A stretch of 64,000 nucleotides of DNA from an uncultured Chloroflexia bacterium (lineage in GTDB: Bacteria; Chloroflexota; Limnocylindria; Limnocylindrales; CSP1-4): assembly GCA_963713975.1 (NCBI GenBank), contig OY970218.1:800001-864000 (forward strand), in the 5' to 3' direction. The notes beneath the pieces are model-generated. The model was not told the origin of the DNA, did no database searches, and saw only the letters and a list, made by a program, of their open reading frames with translations. Of this stretch, positions 37,793 to 46,739 are shown piece by piece (position 1 is the first letter of the stretch; each line of letters begins with the position of its first letter). A program made the position numbers and the translations under genes.

Positions 37793-39256
37793 TCAGGCGG
37801 GACGAGCACTCCCGTCGGGACCGGCACGCTCAACGGGACCCGGATCCTCGGCAGAACCCGGGCTCCCGCCATGCCTCGACGCGACCATGTCGTCCAGCAG
37901 CCGCCCGAACTCGCGTCCGACGTCCACGTAGCGGTCCGCGCGCACCACCAGCGCCAGCCGCCCGTCGGCGCCCAGGCGACCCCACACCCGACGGCGCGGC
38001 ATCCAGAAGGTGATCAGCAGGCCGACGATCAGCAGGCCGAAGGCCGTCCACACGAGTCCCTGCCCCGGGTCCCGCTTCGCGATCAGGAGCGTGTACTCGC
38101 CGAAGCCACGCAGCTCGACGGAGAAGTCGGTCCCCGCGGCCGTGTCGGACTCACCGCTCGTGAGCGCGATCGGCTCCAGGCCCTCGATCACCGGCGACCC
38201 GTCCGTGTTCGTGCCCACGGCGTGGAACGGGAGGATCAGCAGCACGCCCGCGCCGTCCGACGCCCGCTGGAGGAGCAGCTGGAGCGCCACGTCCCTGCCC
38301 GGGACGTTGAACTCCGCAAACGGGAAGCCGGCGGCCTGGTCCGTCATGGGGATCGGCCCGGTCCACAGCGGCCTGCCGTCGGCGTCGCGGATGACCACGT
38401 CCGGCGCGGGACCGAACCCGTTCTGGTGGAAGGTGTAGCCGTCGACCTCGAGCGGGTCGTTCACGCGGATGGTCTTCTCCGCGACCTGCCGTCCATCCTT
38501 GAACACGGCGAGACGCGTGGTGAAGTCCGTGGGCGTGCCGGTGTCGAACCCGGGCGCCTCGAAGCCCAGGTTCCGGACCAGCAGCAGGCCCGGCGTCCCG
38601 ATCGGCTGCACGGTGAGCGACTCGCCCTCCGCCACCACGAGACCCTGCTCGAACCCGAGGCGCGAGGTGATCGCCGCCGCAACCAGGAACAGGACGAGGC
38701 CCGCGTGCGAGATCAGCGTCGCCAGCTTGGTCCAGCGGTTGCGGTCCCCGTAGAGGTAGGTGGCGCCGCCGGCCAGCTCGCGGCGGACCGCGAACCGGTG
38801 ACGGCGCAGCACGGCCGCCACGGCATCGGCGTCCACGCCCGACATCAGGGCCCGGTCCGGGAGCTTCGGGTCGTAGAAGGGGTCCGGCTGGACCACCCTG
38901 ATGTCTGCGGACGTACGCCACAGGCGAGGGGTTCGGTCGATGGTGCAGGCGACGATCGAGATGATCAGGACGGCGAGCCCGACACTGAACCACATCGAGC
39001 TGAAGACCTGGAACAGCTGCAGCCGCTCGAGGGCGCCCACCACGCCCGCGCCGAGCGTCGGGTCGTAGAGGTCGTGGAGCGCCTGCATCTCGTTCGCGTA
39101 GTCCGTCGGCGAGCGGAAGGCGAACCCCGGAAGCTGGCGCAGGGTCATGCCCACGAGCGCGAACAGCGAGAGCACGATGATCTGCAGGACGGCGAAGTCG
39201 ACCGAGGTCAGCAGGCCCCAGATGGCGTTGCCGACACGGGCAAGCGGGCCGGGCAT
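37793..39256 (-). CDS. resB: Cytochrome c biogenesis protein ResB (system II)
   Basis: N-terminal TMs with Q.P, IVACTIDR, conserved His in ISHAGL, IRVNDPL, C-terminal DPG-TM-RR. Confidence 0.9.
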   Translation of the reverse strand: MPGPLARVGNAIWGLLTSVDFAVLQIIVLSLFALVGMTLRQLPGFAFRSPTDYANEMQALHDLYDPTLGAGVVGALERLQLFQVFSSMWFSVGLAVLIISIVACTIDRTPRLWRTSADIRVVQPDPFYDPKLPDRALMSGVDADAVAAVLRRHRFAVRRELAGGATYLYGDRNRWTKLATLISHAGLVLFLVAAAITSRLGFEQGLVVAEGESLTVQPIGTPGLLLVRNLGFEAPGFDTGTPTDFTTRLAVFKDGRQVAEKTIRVNDPLEVDGYTFHQNGFGPAPDVVIRDADGRPLWTGPIPMTDQAAGFPFAEFNVPGRDVALQLLLQRASDGAGVLLILPFHAVGTNTDGSPVIEGLEPIALTSGESDTAAGTDFSVELRGFGEYTLLIAKRDPGQGLVWTAFGLLIVGLLITFWMPRRRVWGRLGADGRLALVVRADRYVDVGREFGRLLDDMVASRHGGSPGSAEDPGPVERAGPDGSARPA

Positions 39257-39298
39257 GGGGCGCGCGGCGGGACGGCCGGCGGCGATGCTCGCGATGGC

Positions 39299-40519
39299 TC
39301 AGGCCCCCCGGGCGGCCCGCAGCGCGCGGTCGAAGTCGGCCAGCAGGTCCGCCTCGTCCTCGAGGCCTACGCTGATCCGAAGCAGGCCCTCCGTGATCCC
39401 GGCGGCTGCGAGGGCCGCGGTGTCCAGGGACCGGTGCGAGCTCGTCGGCGGATGGACGACCATCGTGTGGACGCTGCCCAGGCTCGCGGTCCGCTCCGGA
39501 ATGGTCAGGGCATCGAAGAAGACACGGCCCGCCTCGCGGCCGCCCTCGAGGTCCACGGACAGCATCGCCCCGCCGGAGTCGAGGATCCGGGAGGCAACGG
39601 CGGCCTGCGGGTGGCTGGGGAGCCCTGGGTAGGTAACGCGACGCACGCCCGCCTGACGCTCGAGGAACGTCGCGAGTGCCATGGCCGTGGCCGCCTGGCG
39701 CTCCATGCGGACGGCGACCGTGGCGATCCCGCGCAGGACGAGGAACGCGGCGAAGGGTCCGAGCGTGGCGCCGGTGTCGATCTGGGTGCTGCGCACGGCG
39801 GCGATCCGCTCCCGCGACCCGACCACGGCGCCGGCCATGACGTCGCTGTGCCCGGAGAGGTACTTGGTCGCGGACTCCATCACCAGGTCCGCGCCGTGCT
39901 CCAGGGGCCGGCACACGAGCGGTGAGGCAAACGTGTTGTCGACGGTGAGCAGCGCGCCGTTGCGGTGGGCGGCCTCGGCGAGGGCGGGGAGGTCGGCGAC
40001 AACGCAGGTTGGGTTGGCAATCGTCTCGACGTGCAGGATTCGCGTGGGTGTGGCGGCGAGGGCGGCTTCGACGGCCTCCGGGTCCGTGGTGTCCACGTAC
40101 GCGATCTCGACCCCCAGCCGGCCGAACGCAGCGAGCGCCTGGCTGCGGGTGGTGCCATAGCCGACGGTGCCAACGAGGAGCCGGTCGCCGGCCCGGAGCA
40201 GCGAGAGGATCGCGGCGTGGATGGCGGCCATGCCGGTCGCCAGGGCGATGCCCGCCTCCGCCTCGTGGAGATTCGCGACGGCATCGCCGAGGGCGGTGAC
40301 GGTCGGGTTGTCGATGCGGCTGTAGGCGTAGCCCGGCTGGTCGCCCGAGAGGACGGCCGCCAGCTCCTCGGCGTCCGCGGAGGCGAACGTCGCCGTCTGG
40401 TAGATGGGCACCGACGTGGGCACCTGGCGGAGGTCCGGCACGCGCGACGCGGCACGGATCGCGCGGGTGGAGGGGCCGGGCCGGGGTCGATCGTCGGGCC
40501 GGGGTCGATCTTGGGTCAC
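39299..40519 (-). CDS. PLP-dependent transsulfuration enzyme (methionine gamma-lyase/cystathionine gamma-synthase family)
   Basis: PIYQTATF, YSRIDNPT, GMAAI, VDNTFASP, ESATKYLSGHSD, SLGS, RISVGLED. Confidence 0.93.
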   Translation of the reverse strand: MTQDRPRPDDRPRPGPSTRAIRAASRVPDLRQVPTSVPIYQTATFASADAEELAAVLSGDQPGYAYSRIDNPTVTALGDAVANLHEAEAGIALATGMAAIHAAILSLLRAGDRLLVGTVGYGTTRSQALAAFGRLGVEIAYVDTTDPEAVEAALAATPTRILHVETIANPTCVVADLPALAEAAHRNGALLTVDNTFASPLVCRPLEHGADLVMESATKYLSGHSDVMAGAVVGSRERIAAVRSTQIDTGATLGPFAAFLVLRGIATVAVRMERQAATAMALATFLERQAGVRRVTYPGLPSHPQAAVASRILDSGGAMLSVDLEGGREAGRVFFDALTIPERTASLGSVHTMVVHPPTSSHRSLDTAALAAAGITEGLLRISVGLEDEADLLADFDRALRAARGA

Positions 40520-40555
40520 GCGGGCGATGCTACACCGGTGGCCGTCGCGAACCCC

Positions 40556-41035
40556 TCAGCGGGTCCCCCACTGGTAGCTCTGCTTGATCAGCCGCAGGTA
40601 GACGAAGGTCTCCGTCTCGCGAACGCCCTGGATCTTGCGCAGTCGCCCGCTCAGGAACTGCAGCAGCGCCTCGTTGTCCTCCGCCACGCATTCCACCAGG
40701 ATGTCGTAGGCGCCTGCGGTCACCACGACGTAGTCCGTCTCGGGGAACGCGGCGATCTCCTCGGCCACCTCGATCAGGCGGGAGGCCTCCACCTTGAGCC
40801 CGATCATGGCCATCTGCTGGAAGCCCAGCTTGAGCGGATCCGTGACCCCCACGACCTGCAGGATGCCCTTGTCGATCAGCTTGTTGGTCCGGGTCCGGAC
40901 CGATGCCTCGGACACGCCGAGCTCGAGCGCGATCTGGGTGAACGGGCGCCGGCCGTCCTCCTGGAGGTGCTCGATGATCCGCTTGTCGAGGGCCGAGACC
41001 TCCTGGCCTCGTTCGGCGCGCGCTCGGTCGCTCAT
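40556..41035 (-). CDS. Lrp/AsnC family transcriptional regulator
   Basis: LDKRIIEHLQEDGRRPFTQIA...GAYDI. Confidence 0.93.
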   Translation of the reverse strand: MSDRARAERGQEVSALDKRIIEHLQEDGRRPFTQIALELGVSEASVRTRTNKLIDKGILQVVGVTDPLKLGFQQMAMIGLKVEASRLIEVAEEIAAFPETDYVVVTAGAYDILVECVAEDNEALLQFLSGRLRKIQGVRETETFVYLRLIKQSYQWGTR

Positions 41036-41231
41036 GGACGGGTGCCGATGTCGTGCATGGGGGCGCAGGACCTGGCTGGCCTCATCGGACGGCTCCGCGG
41101 GTTCGGTCTCGAGACCGGTGGTGGCGGGGATCGGGGCGGGATGCTAGCACGCGGGCCGGGCCGTGGGGAGACCCTTGTGCAAGGTCCGGGACAGGTCCGG
41201 CGCGGCGCTCGGGGTGCTGAGCGCTTCCACG

Positions 41232-42167
41232 TCAGCCGCGGTCCAGCAGCTCCAGGACGGGGGCCAGGGCGGCGACCGACGCTTCCGTGATCGGGTCAAC
41301 CACCAGTTGCACGTGGCCGATGCCTTCGCGAGCGTAAGCGCGCAGCTCCTCTGCGATGACCTCCGGTGAACCCTCGAGCGGCGCCACGGACATCCGCGGG
41401 TCCTCGTCGCCCATGACCCGGCCCGTCCCGCCCGGCATGCGGACGAGGACGGCAACGGTGCGTTCGATGGCGGCAGGGTCCCGGCCCGCGGTCGTCGCCG
41501 CCGCGTCCACGGCCTCCCGCAATGGCGCCACGCCGTCCGGGGTGTTGCGTGTGTCCGCGTACCAGGCGTTCCAGGCTGCCGCGTACGGGAGCGTTGAGGC
41601 CAGCATCCGCGGACCGCTGGAGCCGACCAGGATCGGCGGACCCCCCGGGCGCGCCGGACGTGGCAGCAACTCGGCCTCGTGGGCGGTGACGTACTCGCCT
41701 TGGAAGTCGATGTACCCGCTCGCCAGCAGGGTGCGGACGACGGTGAACGCCTCCTCGAACCGGCTGACGCGGTGATCGAACGGCGCGTCGATCGCGGCGA
41801 ACTCCGTGTCGTTCCAGCCCGCGCCCAGGCCCAGCACCAGGCGACCGCCGGAGATCTCGTCCACGGTCGCTGCCTGCTTGGCCAGCATGAACGGGTGATG
41901 GAACGCCGTGGCCGCCACGAGTGGGCCAAGCGTCACCCTGTCCGTGGCCTCGGCAAGGCCGGCGAGGGTCGTCCAGGCCTCCCACGGACCACGTGTCTCG
42001 CCCGATGCGAAACGGTAGAGCAGGTGGTCGCCCAGCCAGATGGAGTCGAACCCGGCCTGTTCCGCCGTGCGGGAGATGGCGCGGAGCTCCGGCCAGCGGA
42101 CGTCCCGCTCGACCTCGGGGAGTTGGACGCCGACTCCGAGGGGCCGGCCGGGTCGTCGGGGGATCAT
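41232..42167 (-). CDS. LLM class flavin-dependent oxidoreductase
   Basis: AEQAGFDSIWLGDH, ATVDEISGGRLVLGLGAGW. Confidence 0.92.
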   Translation of the reverse strand: MIPRRPGRPLGVGVQLPEVERDVRWPELRAISRTAEQAGFDSIWLGDHLLYRFASGETRGPWEAWTTLAGLAEATDRVTLGPLVAATAFHHPFMLAKQAATVDEISGGRLVLGLGAGWNDTEFAAIDAPFDHRVSRFEEAFTVVRTLLASGYIDFQGEYVTAHEAELLPRPARPGGPPILVGSSGPRMLASTLPYAAAWNAWYADTRNTPDGVAPLREAVDAAATTAGRDPAAIERTVAVLVRMPGGTGRVMGDEDPRMSVAPLEGSPEVIAEELRAYAREGIGHVQLVVDPITEASVAALAPVLELLDRG

Positions 42168-42312
42168 GGCGTCACCCTAGCGCATCTGCCGGGCATCGCG
42201 AACGATGCCGCGGGGCCTTGGGGCAGGCGCCGAGACCCGGCCAGATACCGCACGCGCGGCGTATCGTACCGATGCCATCGCTCCGGCCGCCGATCGAGGA
42301 GGAACCCGTTCC

Positions 42313-42609
42313 ATGTGCCTGTTCGCGTTGCTCGCGGGCCTGTTCCCGCGCATCGCCTTTGCCGTCTACTGGATCGCCCGGCCCGCCGTGGTCAATGCGG
42401 CCTTCGACACGTTCGTCCTGCCGCTACTGGGCCTGATCTTCCTGCCGTTCACGACCCTGATGTACGTGATCCTGTGGACCCCGGGCGTCGGGATCACCGG
42501 CTGGGACTGGCTGTGGCTGGCGATCGCCGTGATGCTGGACCTCGGCCACTACACGTACAGCGCCTACGGGAACCGGGAGCAGATCCCGGGCATGAGCTCC
42601 GGCCAGTAG
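42313..42609 (+). CDS. Small integral membrane protein
   Basis: GAGGAGG RBS; PRIA...PLLGLIFLPFTTL; three hydrophobic segments. Confidence 0.8.
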   Translation: MCLFALLAGLFPRIAFAVYWIARPAVVNAAFDTFVLPLLGLIFLPFTTLMYVILWTPGVGITGWDWLWLAIAVMLDLGHYTYSAYGNREQIPGMSSGQ

Positions 42610-42620
42610 GACGTCGCAGG

Positions 42621-42975
42621 CACGCCGCGGCCGTCGCCCGAGCGGGCGGCGGCCGCGGATCCTCGTTCCGTGCAGTTCTCGGCCCCCGTCTGCGCCGCCC
42701 ACCGGTTCAACGGTTGGGTCAGCCAGCGATTCAGCCGCTGGGCGGCACCTTTGTCGCTCAGCGGGCCCCGCCCAACCGACAAGCGTGCCACCAGGCGGCG
42801 CAAATGGTGCAGGACCCGACGGTTGAACCGCCCGGCGGCTCAAGGGACGGGCGGTCGCCCGAGGAGGGACGGCAGAAGCTCAGGGGACGGGCGGAAGCTC
42901 ATGGCCAGAATGCTCACGCGGCGGCCGTCGCCCGAGCGGGCGGGCGGCGGCCGCGGATCCTCGTTCCGTGCAGTT
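42621..42975. repeat. Directly repeated ~57-bp GC hairpin (42621-42677, 42915-42975) flanking a palindromic element
   Basis: GCGGCCGTCGCCCGAGCGGGCG...GCGGCCGCGGATCCTCGTTCCGTGCAGTT occurs twice between convergent genes. Confidence 0.8.
42703..42830. repeat. 128-bp palindromic intergenic element, copy 1
   Basis: Ends CGGTTCAAC.../...GTTGAACCG; homologous to 49547-49674. Confidence 0.75.
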
Positions 42976-42992
42976 GTCGGCCTCGGGGCGCG

Positions 42993-44588
42993 TCAGCCCG
43001 CGATCACCCCGTTGCCGCTGATCAGGCTCAGGATCACGTCGATGTCCGCGCTGCCCGCGATCCCCGTGTACTTGGCCCGCACGATTCCCTCCCCGTCCAC
43101 GACGAAGATCCAGGGCATCTCGGTGCCCGGCCAGATGCCCTCGCCCAGCCCCCAGGCCCGTGAGTACCGGTTCAGGGGCGGATCCTCGAGGGCCCCCGAC
43201 AGCACCGGCTCCTCCGTGATCACCTGGTACTCGAACGGCTCCAGGTGGATGAACGCCGCCTCCTGCCAGCGGTCCAGCAGGAACCGGATCATGGTCAGCG
43301 CCCGGCCGCAGGCCGGTGAGACCTTGAAGCGCTCCGAGTCCACCACGAGCACATAGGGCTTGCCGGCCGCACGGGCCTCGGCCGTCGAGGTCTTCGACAT
43401 CCGCAGGTCCGGGTTGGGCTGCGTGGTCACGGCCCGAACGACCCCACCCACGTCATCGAGCGTGGGCGTGGCGATGTCAGGGGCCGGAGCGCCCAGCGAA
43501 GCCGTGCTGCCGGGATCGAGGGCCTGGATCGTGGCCGTGCCACGTGCGTCGCCCGCGACCAGCTGGAGGCCCCAGGCACCGGCCGCCGGGAAGTCCAGGG
43601 TCGCCACGAAGGAGGTCTCGCTCGCACCCTCGGGCCGCACGGCGACGGCCGTGACCGGGGCGCCCTGGGGGCTGCCGTCGGACGCGGTGACCTGGACGAT
43701 GAGCGGCGTCGTGCCGTCGAGCCTCACCCCGGTATCGTCGGCAACCTGCAGGATGACGGGACTCTGGCCACCCGACCAGATGCTCGTCGAGACCACCTCG
43801 GTCACCAGCGATCGGGCGATCGGGTCGGCCGACGAAACCGGTCCGGGCGAGACCGGGGCCGGCGTGACGGGAACCGGCGATGTCACGGCCACGGGCACCC
43901 CGCCGGACGGCGCCGGCCCCTTCGCAAGGAGCGCTTCGAGTGACGCGACAATCGCCGCCGCATCGGTCCCGAATGGGAAGCGCGCCCTGAGCTGCCCCTG
44001 GGCATCCACAAGGAAGATGTCCGCGGTATGCGCCATCGCGTATCCCCCGGCGGAGTCCTGGTCGATCCGGGCGTACTTGACGCCCCACCGGTCTGCGTTG
44101 GCGCGCACATCGGCGGGAGCACCCGAGAGCCCCGTGAAGGCGGCCGGCAGGTAGCGCAGATACGACTTCATCGCCGCCACGTCGTCCCGTTCCGGGTCGA
44201 TCGACACGAACACGGCACGCGGACCGGCTTCCACATCGGCCAGCGCCTCGCTGACGACACCGACCGTGGCCGGGCAGACATCGGGGCAGTGGGTGTAGCC
44301 GAAGAAGACGAGCGCCGGCCGTCCCTGCAGGGACGAGAGCGCGAACGGCTGGCCGTCCTGGTCCGTGAGCTCCAGGGCGGGCGCCGGGCCGGTCTCCGCG
44401 TAGGCGAAGTCGGACGGATCGGGAGTCGCCTCCGCGGCGGTGCCGGACAACGCTCCATCGCGCGCCAGCAGCACCAGCGCCACGAGGCCCACTGCCAGCA
44501 GAGCCAGGAGACCCAGCACGAGACCGCCGGCGACCACGCCACCGCGGTTCGCCGGCGCGGGATCGGAGGGTCGGTCGGTCATCACCAT
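42993..44588 (-). CDS. SCO family protein fused to an Ig-like and a thioredoxin-like domain
   Basis: TM anchor; FFGYTHCPDVCP, SIDPERD, MAHT; C-terminal SPACG...EMPWIFVVDGEG; start approximate. Confidence 0.88.
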   Translation of the reverse strand: MVMTDRPSDPAPANRGGVVAGGLVLGLLALLAVGLVALVLLARDGALSGTAAEATPDPSDFAYAETGPAPALELTDQDGQPFALSSLQGRPALVFFGYTHCPDVCPATVGVVSEALADVEAGPRAVFVSIDPERDDVAAMKSYLRYLPAAFTGLSGAPADVRANADRWGVKYARIDQDSAGGYAMAHTADIFLVDAQGQLRARFPFGTDAAAIVASLEALLAKGPAPSGGVPVAVTSPVPVTPAPVSPGPVSSADPIARSLVTEVVSTSIWSGGQSPVILQVADDTGVRLDGTTPLIVQVTASDGSPQGAPVTAVAVRPEGASETSFVATLDFPAAGAWGLQLVAGDARGTATIQALDPGSTASLGAPAPDIATPTLDDVGGVVRAVTTQPNPDLRMSKTSTAEARAAGKPYVLVVDSERFKVSPACGRALTMIRFLLDRWQEAAFIHLEPFEYQVITEEPVLSGALEDPPLNRYSRAWGLGEGIWPGTEMPWIFVVDGEGIVRAKYTGIAGSADIDVILSLISGNGVIAG

Positions 44589-44699
44589 GGCATCCGGCTC
44601 GAAGGTACCGGGCGGGGCGATATCGTGCTCGACCGAGGCAGGTCGCGAGTCCGGGCGCCGCAGGTGGCGATGCCCGGCCTCACCCACGATCATGGCCTC

Positions 44700-45554
44700 A
44701 TGCAGTACGGAGTGGTCATCACGTCCGGCGACCCCCGGACCGCCGCAGAGCTCGCCGCCGGTGCCGAGGCGGCCGGTTGGGACGGCGTCTTCACCTACGA
44801 CGCCATCGCCATCGGCTCCACGCATCTATGGGATCCGTGGGTCCTCCTCGCCGCGATGGCCATGCGGACGGAGCGCGTCCGCCTCGGCGCCCTGGTGTTC
44901 GCGCCCGCGCGCCGCCGGCCGTGGAAGATGGCGCGTGAGGTGGCGACCCTGGACCACCTGTCGAACGGGCGCCTCGTGCTGCCTGTCGGCCTCGGCACGC
45001 TCGACGACGGGGGCTTCGGGAACGTGGGCGAGCCCTTGGAGGCCAGGACGCGGGCCCGGCTCCTGGACGAGACGCTGGCGATCATGGACGGTCTGGCCAC
45101 CGGCGAGCCGTTCGGGTTCGAGGGGGAGCACTACCGCTTCGGGCCGATGACGTTCCTGCCGACCCCGGTCCAGCGTCCCCGCGTGCCGGTGTGGGTCGTG
45201 GGCGCCTGGCCGCACGAGCGCTCGATGCGGCGTGCGATCCGCTGGGACGGCCTGGTGGTCCAGGCCACGGGCCCCGACGGTAGGCCCGCGACCGGCCCAG
45301 CGCTCCTGCCCGAGATCGTGGACTGGGTCCAAAAGGCACGCGCCACCGCAGGCCTCGACCATCCATTCGAGATCATCGTTGACGGCACCACCCCGGCCGG
45401 GGATCCCGCAGAGGCGGCGAGGATCGCAGGTGCCCACGAGATCGCCGGGGCCACGTGGTGGATCGAGGCAGACTGGGCCGTCGCCTCAACGGACGCGCTT
45501 CGGGCCCGGATCGCCGCGGGGCCACCGCGCCCACGGCCGACGGCGGAGCGCTAG
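44700..45554 (+). CDS. LLM class flavin-dependent oxidoreductase
   Basis: AEAAGWDGVF, DPWVLLAAMA, ATLDHLSNGRLVLPVGLG, PVQRPRVPVWV. Confidence 0.9.
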   Translation: MQYGVVITSGDPRTAAELAAGAEAAGWDGVFTYDAIAIGSTHLWDPWVLLAAMAMRTERVRLGALVFAPARRRPWKMAREVATLDHLSNGRLVLPVGLGTLDDGGFGNVGEPLEARTRARLLDETLAIMDGLATGEPFGFEGEHYRFGPMTFLPTPVQRPRVPVWVVGAWPHERSMRRAIRWDGLVVQATGPDGRPATGPALLPEIVDWVQKARATAGLDHPFEIIVDGTTPAGDPAEAARIAGAHEIAGATWWIEADWAVASTDALRARIAAGPPRPRPTAER

Positions 45555-45611
45555 CCTTCTGGGCAGATCGGCCTATTGGCAGTCACCGCGAATGCCCGCT
45601 ACCGTCTGGGC

Positions 45612-46550
45612 ATGGCCTCGTCCCACTCGGATCGTCGTCTGCTCGTCGTGGCGCTCGCGTGTGTGCTGGCGACCGCAGCGGGTGGTGGCGCTCCGCCGCC
45701 CGCCCAGGCGCGCTCGGCAGCGTCGTGCTCCGTGGGCGACACGCTGACCCGCTATCGAGCGCCGTCCGACTGGTACCGCAGCGTCCTGGATACGCGACTC
45801 CGACTGTCGCGCTCGTACACGCCGCCCGACCTCGTGAGCACCGCGCGGTCCGGGGCTCCGGGGTTCGGCCGCATCAGGCGGATCGCGATCGCGGACCTCA
45901 CGGCCATGTACCGGGCGTCGAAAAAGGCTGGGGCGCGGTTCGCCGTCCAGAGCAGCTACAGGAGCTACGGCACGCAGGTTTCCACGTTCTGGAGCTGGGT
46001 CCACCGTTCGAGCTACCGGAGCGCGCTCCTGTCCTCGGCGCGACCCGGCCACTCCGAGCACCAGCTGGGAACGGTCTTGGACCTCAAGACACCGGGCGGC
46101 TCCGCTCCCTGGGCGTACGCCGATTGGGGCCGGACCAGGGCAGGCGCCTGGCTCGCCCGCAACAGCTGGCGCTACGGCTGGATCATGAGCTACCCGAAGG
46201 GCAAGAGCCCCGGGCAGACCTGCTACAAGTACGAGCCGTGGCACTTCCGCTACGTGGGCCGCCTGATCGCCGGACGGATCCACGCATCGGGCCTGGCGCC
46301 CCGCGAGTGGCTGTGGAGGCAGGGCGGAACCGGGGCATGGACGGGAGGCTCGCCGAACCCGACACCCACGCCGACACCCACGCCGAACCCGACGCCGAAC
46401 CCGACGCCGACGCCCGACCCGACGCCCACACCGACGCCGAACCCGACACCCACGCCGAACCCGACACCCACGCCCGACCCGACGCCCACGCCGACGCCCG
46501 AGCCGACACCTTCGGAAGCGCCGACCGCCTCGCCCACCGACGCGGTCTAG
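45612..46550 (+). CDS. Secreted M15B (VanY-like) D,D-carboxypeptidase with Pro/Thr tail
   Basis: [31 protein letters not shown]; signal peptide. Confidence 0.92.
   Translation: MASSHSDRRLLVVALACVLATAAGGGAPPPAQARSAASCSVGDTLTRYRAPSDWYRSVLDTRLRLSRSYTPPDLVSTARSGAPGFGRIRRIAIADLTAMYRASKKAGARFAVQSSYRSYGTQVSTFWSWVHRSSYRSALLSSARPGHSEHQLGTVLDLKTPGGSAPWAYADWGRTRAGAWLARNSWRYGWIMSYPKGKSPGQTCYKYEPWHFRYVGRLIAGRIHASGLAPREWLWRQGGTGAWTGGSPNPTPTPTPTPNPTPNPTPTPDPTPTPTPNPTPTPNPTPTPDPTPTPTPEPTPSEAPTASPTDAV
46352..46510 (+). repeat. Coding PT/PN/PD tandem repeats
   Basis: CCGACRCCCACG-type units encoding [12 protein letters not shown]. Confidence 0.85.
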
Positions 46551-46739
46551 GGTCCCCGCCAGGACGGGCGACCCGGGTGGCACGACGTCCTCGGGCCAAT
46601 GGCCCATGCCGGACCGGGCAATTGTGCCGTCCGGCACGCCACGTGGCCCGTTGCGCTCAGCGCCGAACGGGACGACCCTAGGAAGCGTACCCATGCCACC
46701 CCGCGTCCTGCCATGCCCGTGAACCACCCGAGGATTCCG

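Noticed and set aside
35224-38013. Very long alternative-frame ORFs (e.g. 35224-38013 +, 37871-39925 +, the N-terminal half of 7486-10053 +)
   Set aside because: Antisense shadows of well-supported genes; long stop-free frames are expected at ~70% GC.
46352-46510. Periodic repeats here and at 5911-6072 as CRISPR or VNTR elements
   Set aside because: In-frame Pro/Thr linker codons with no spacers and no cas genes.
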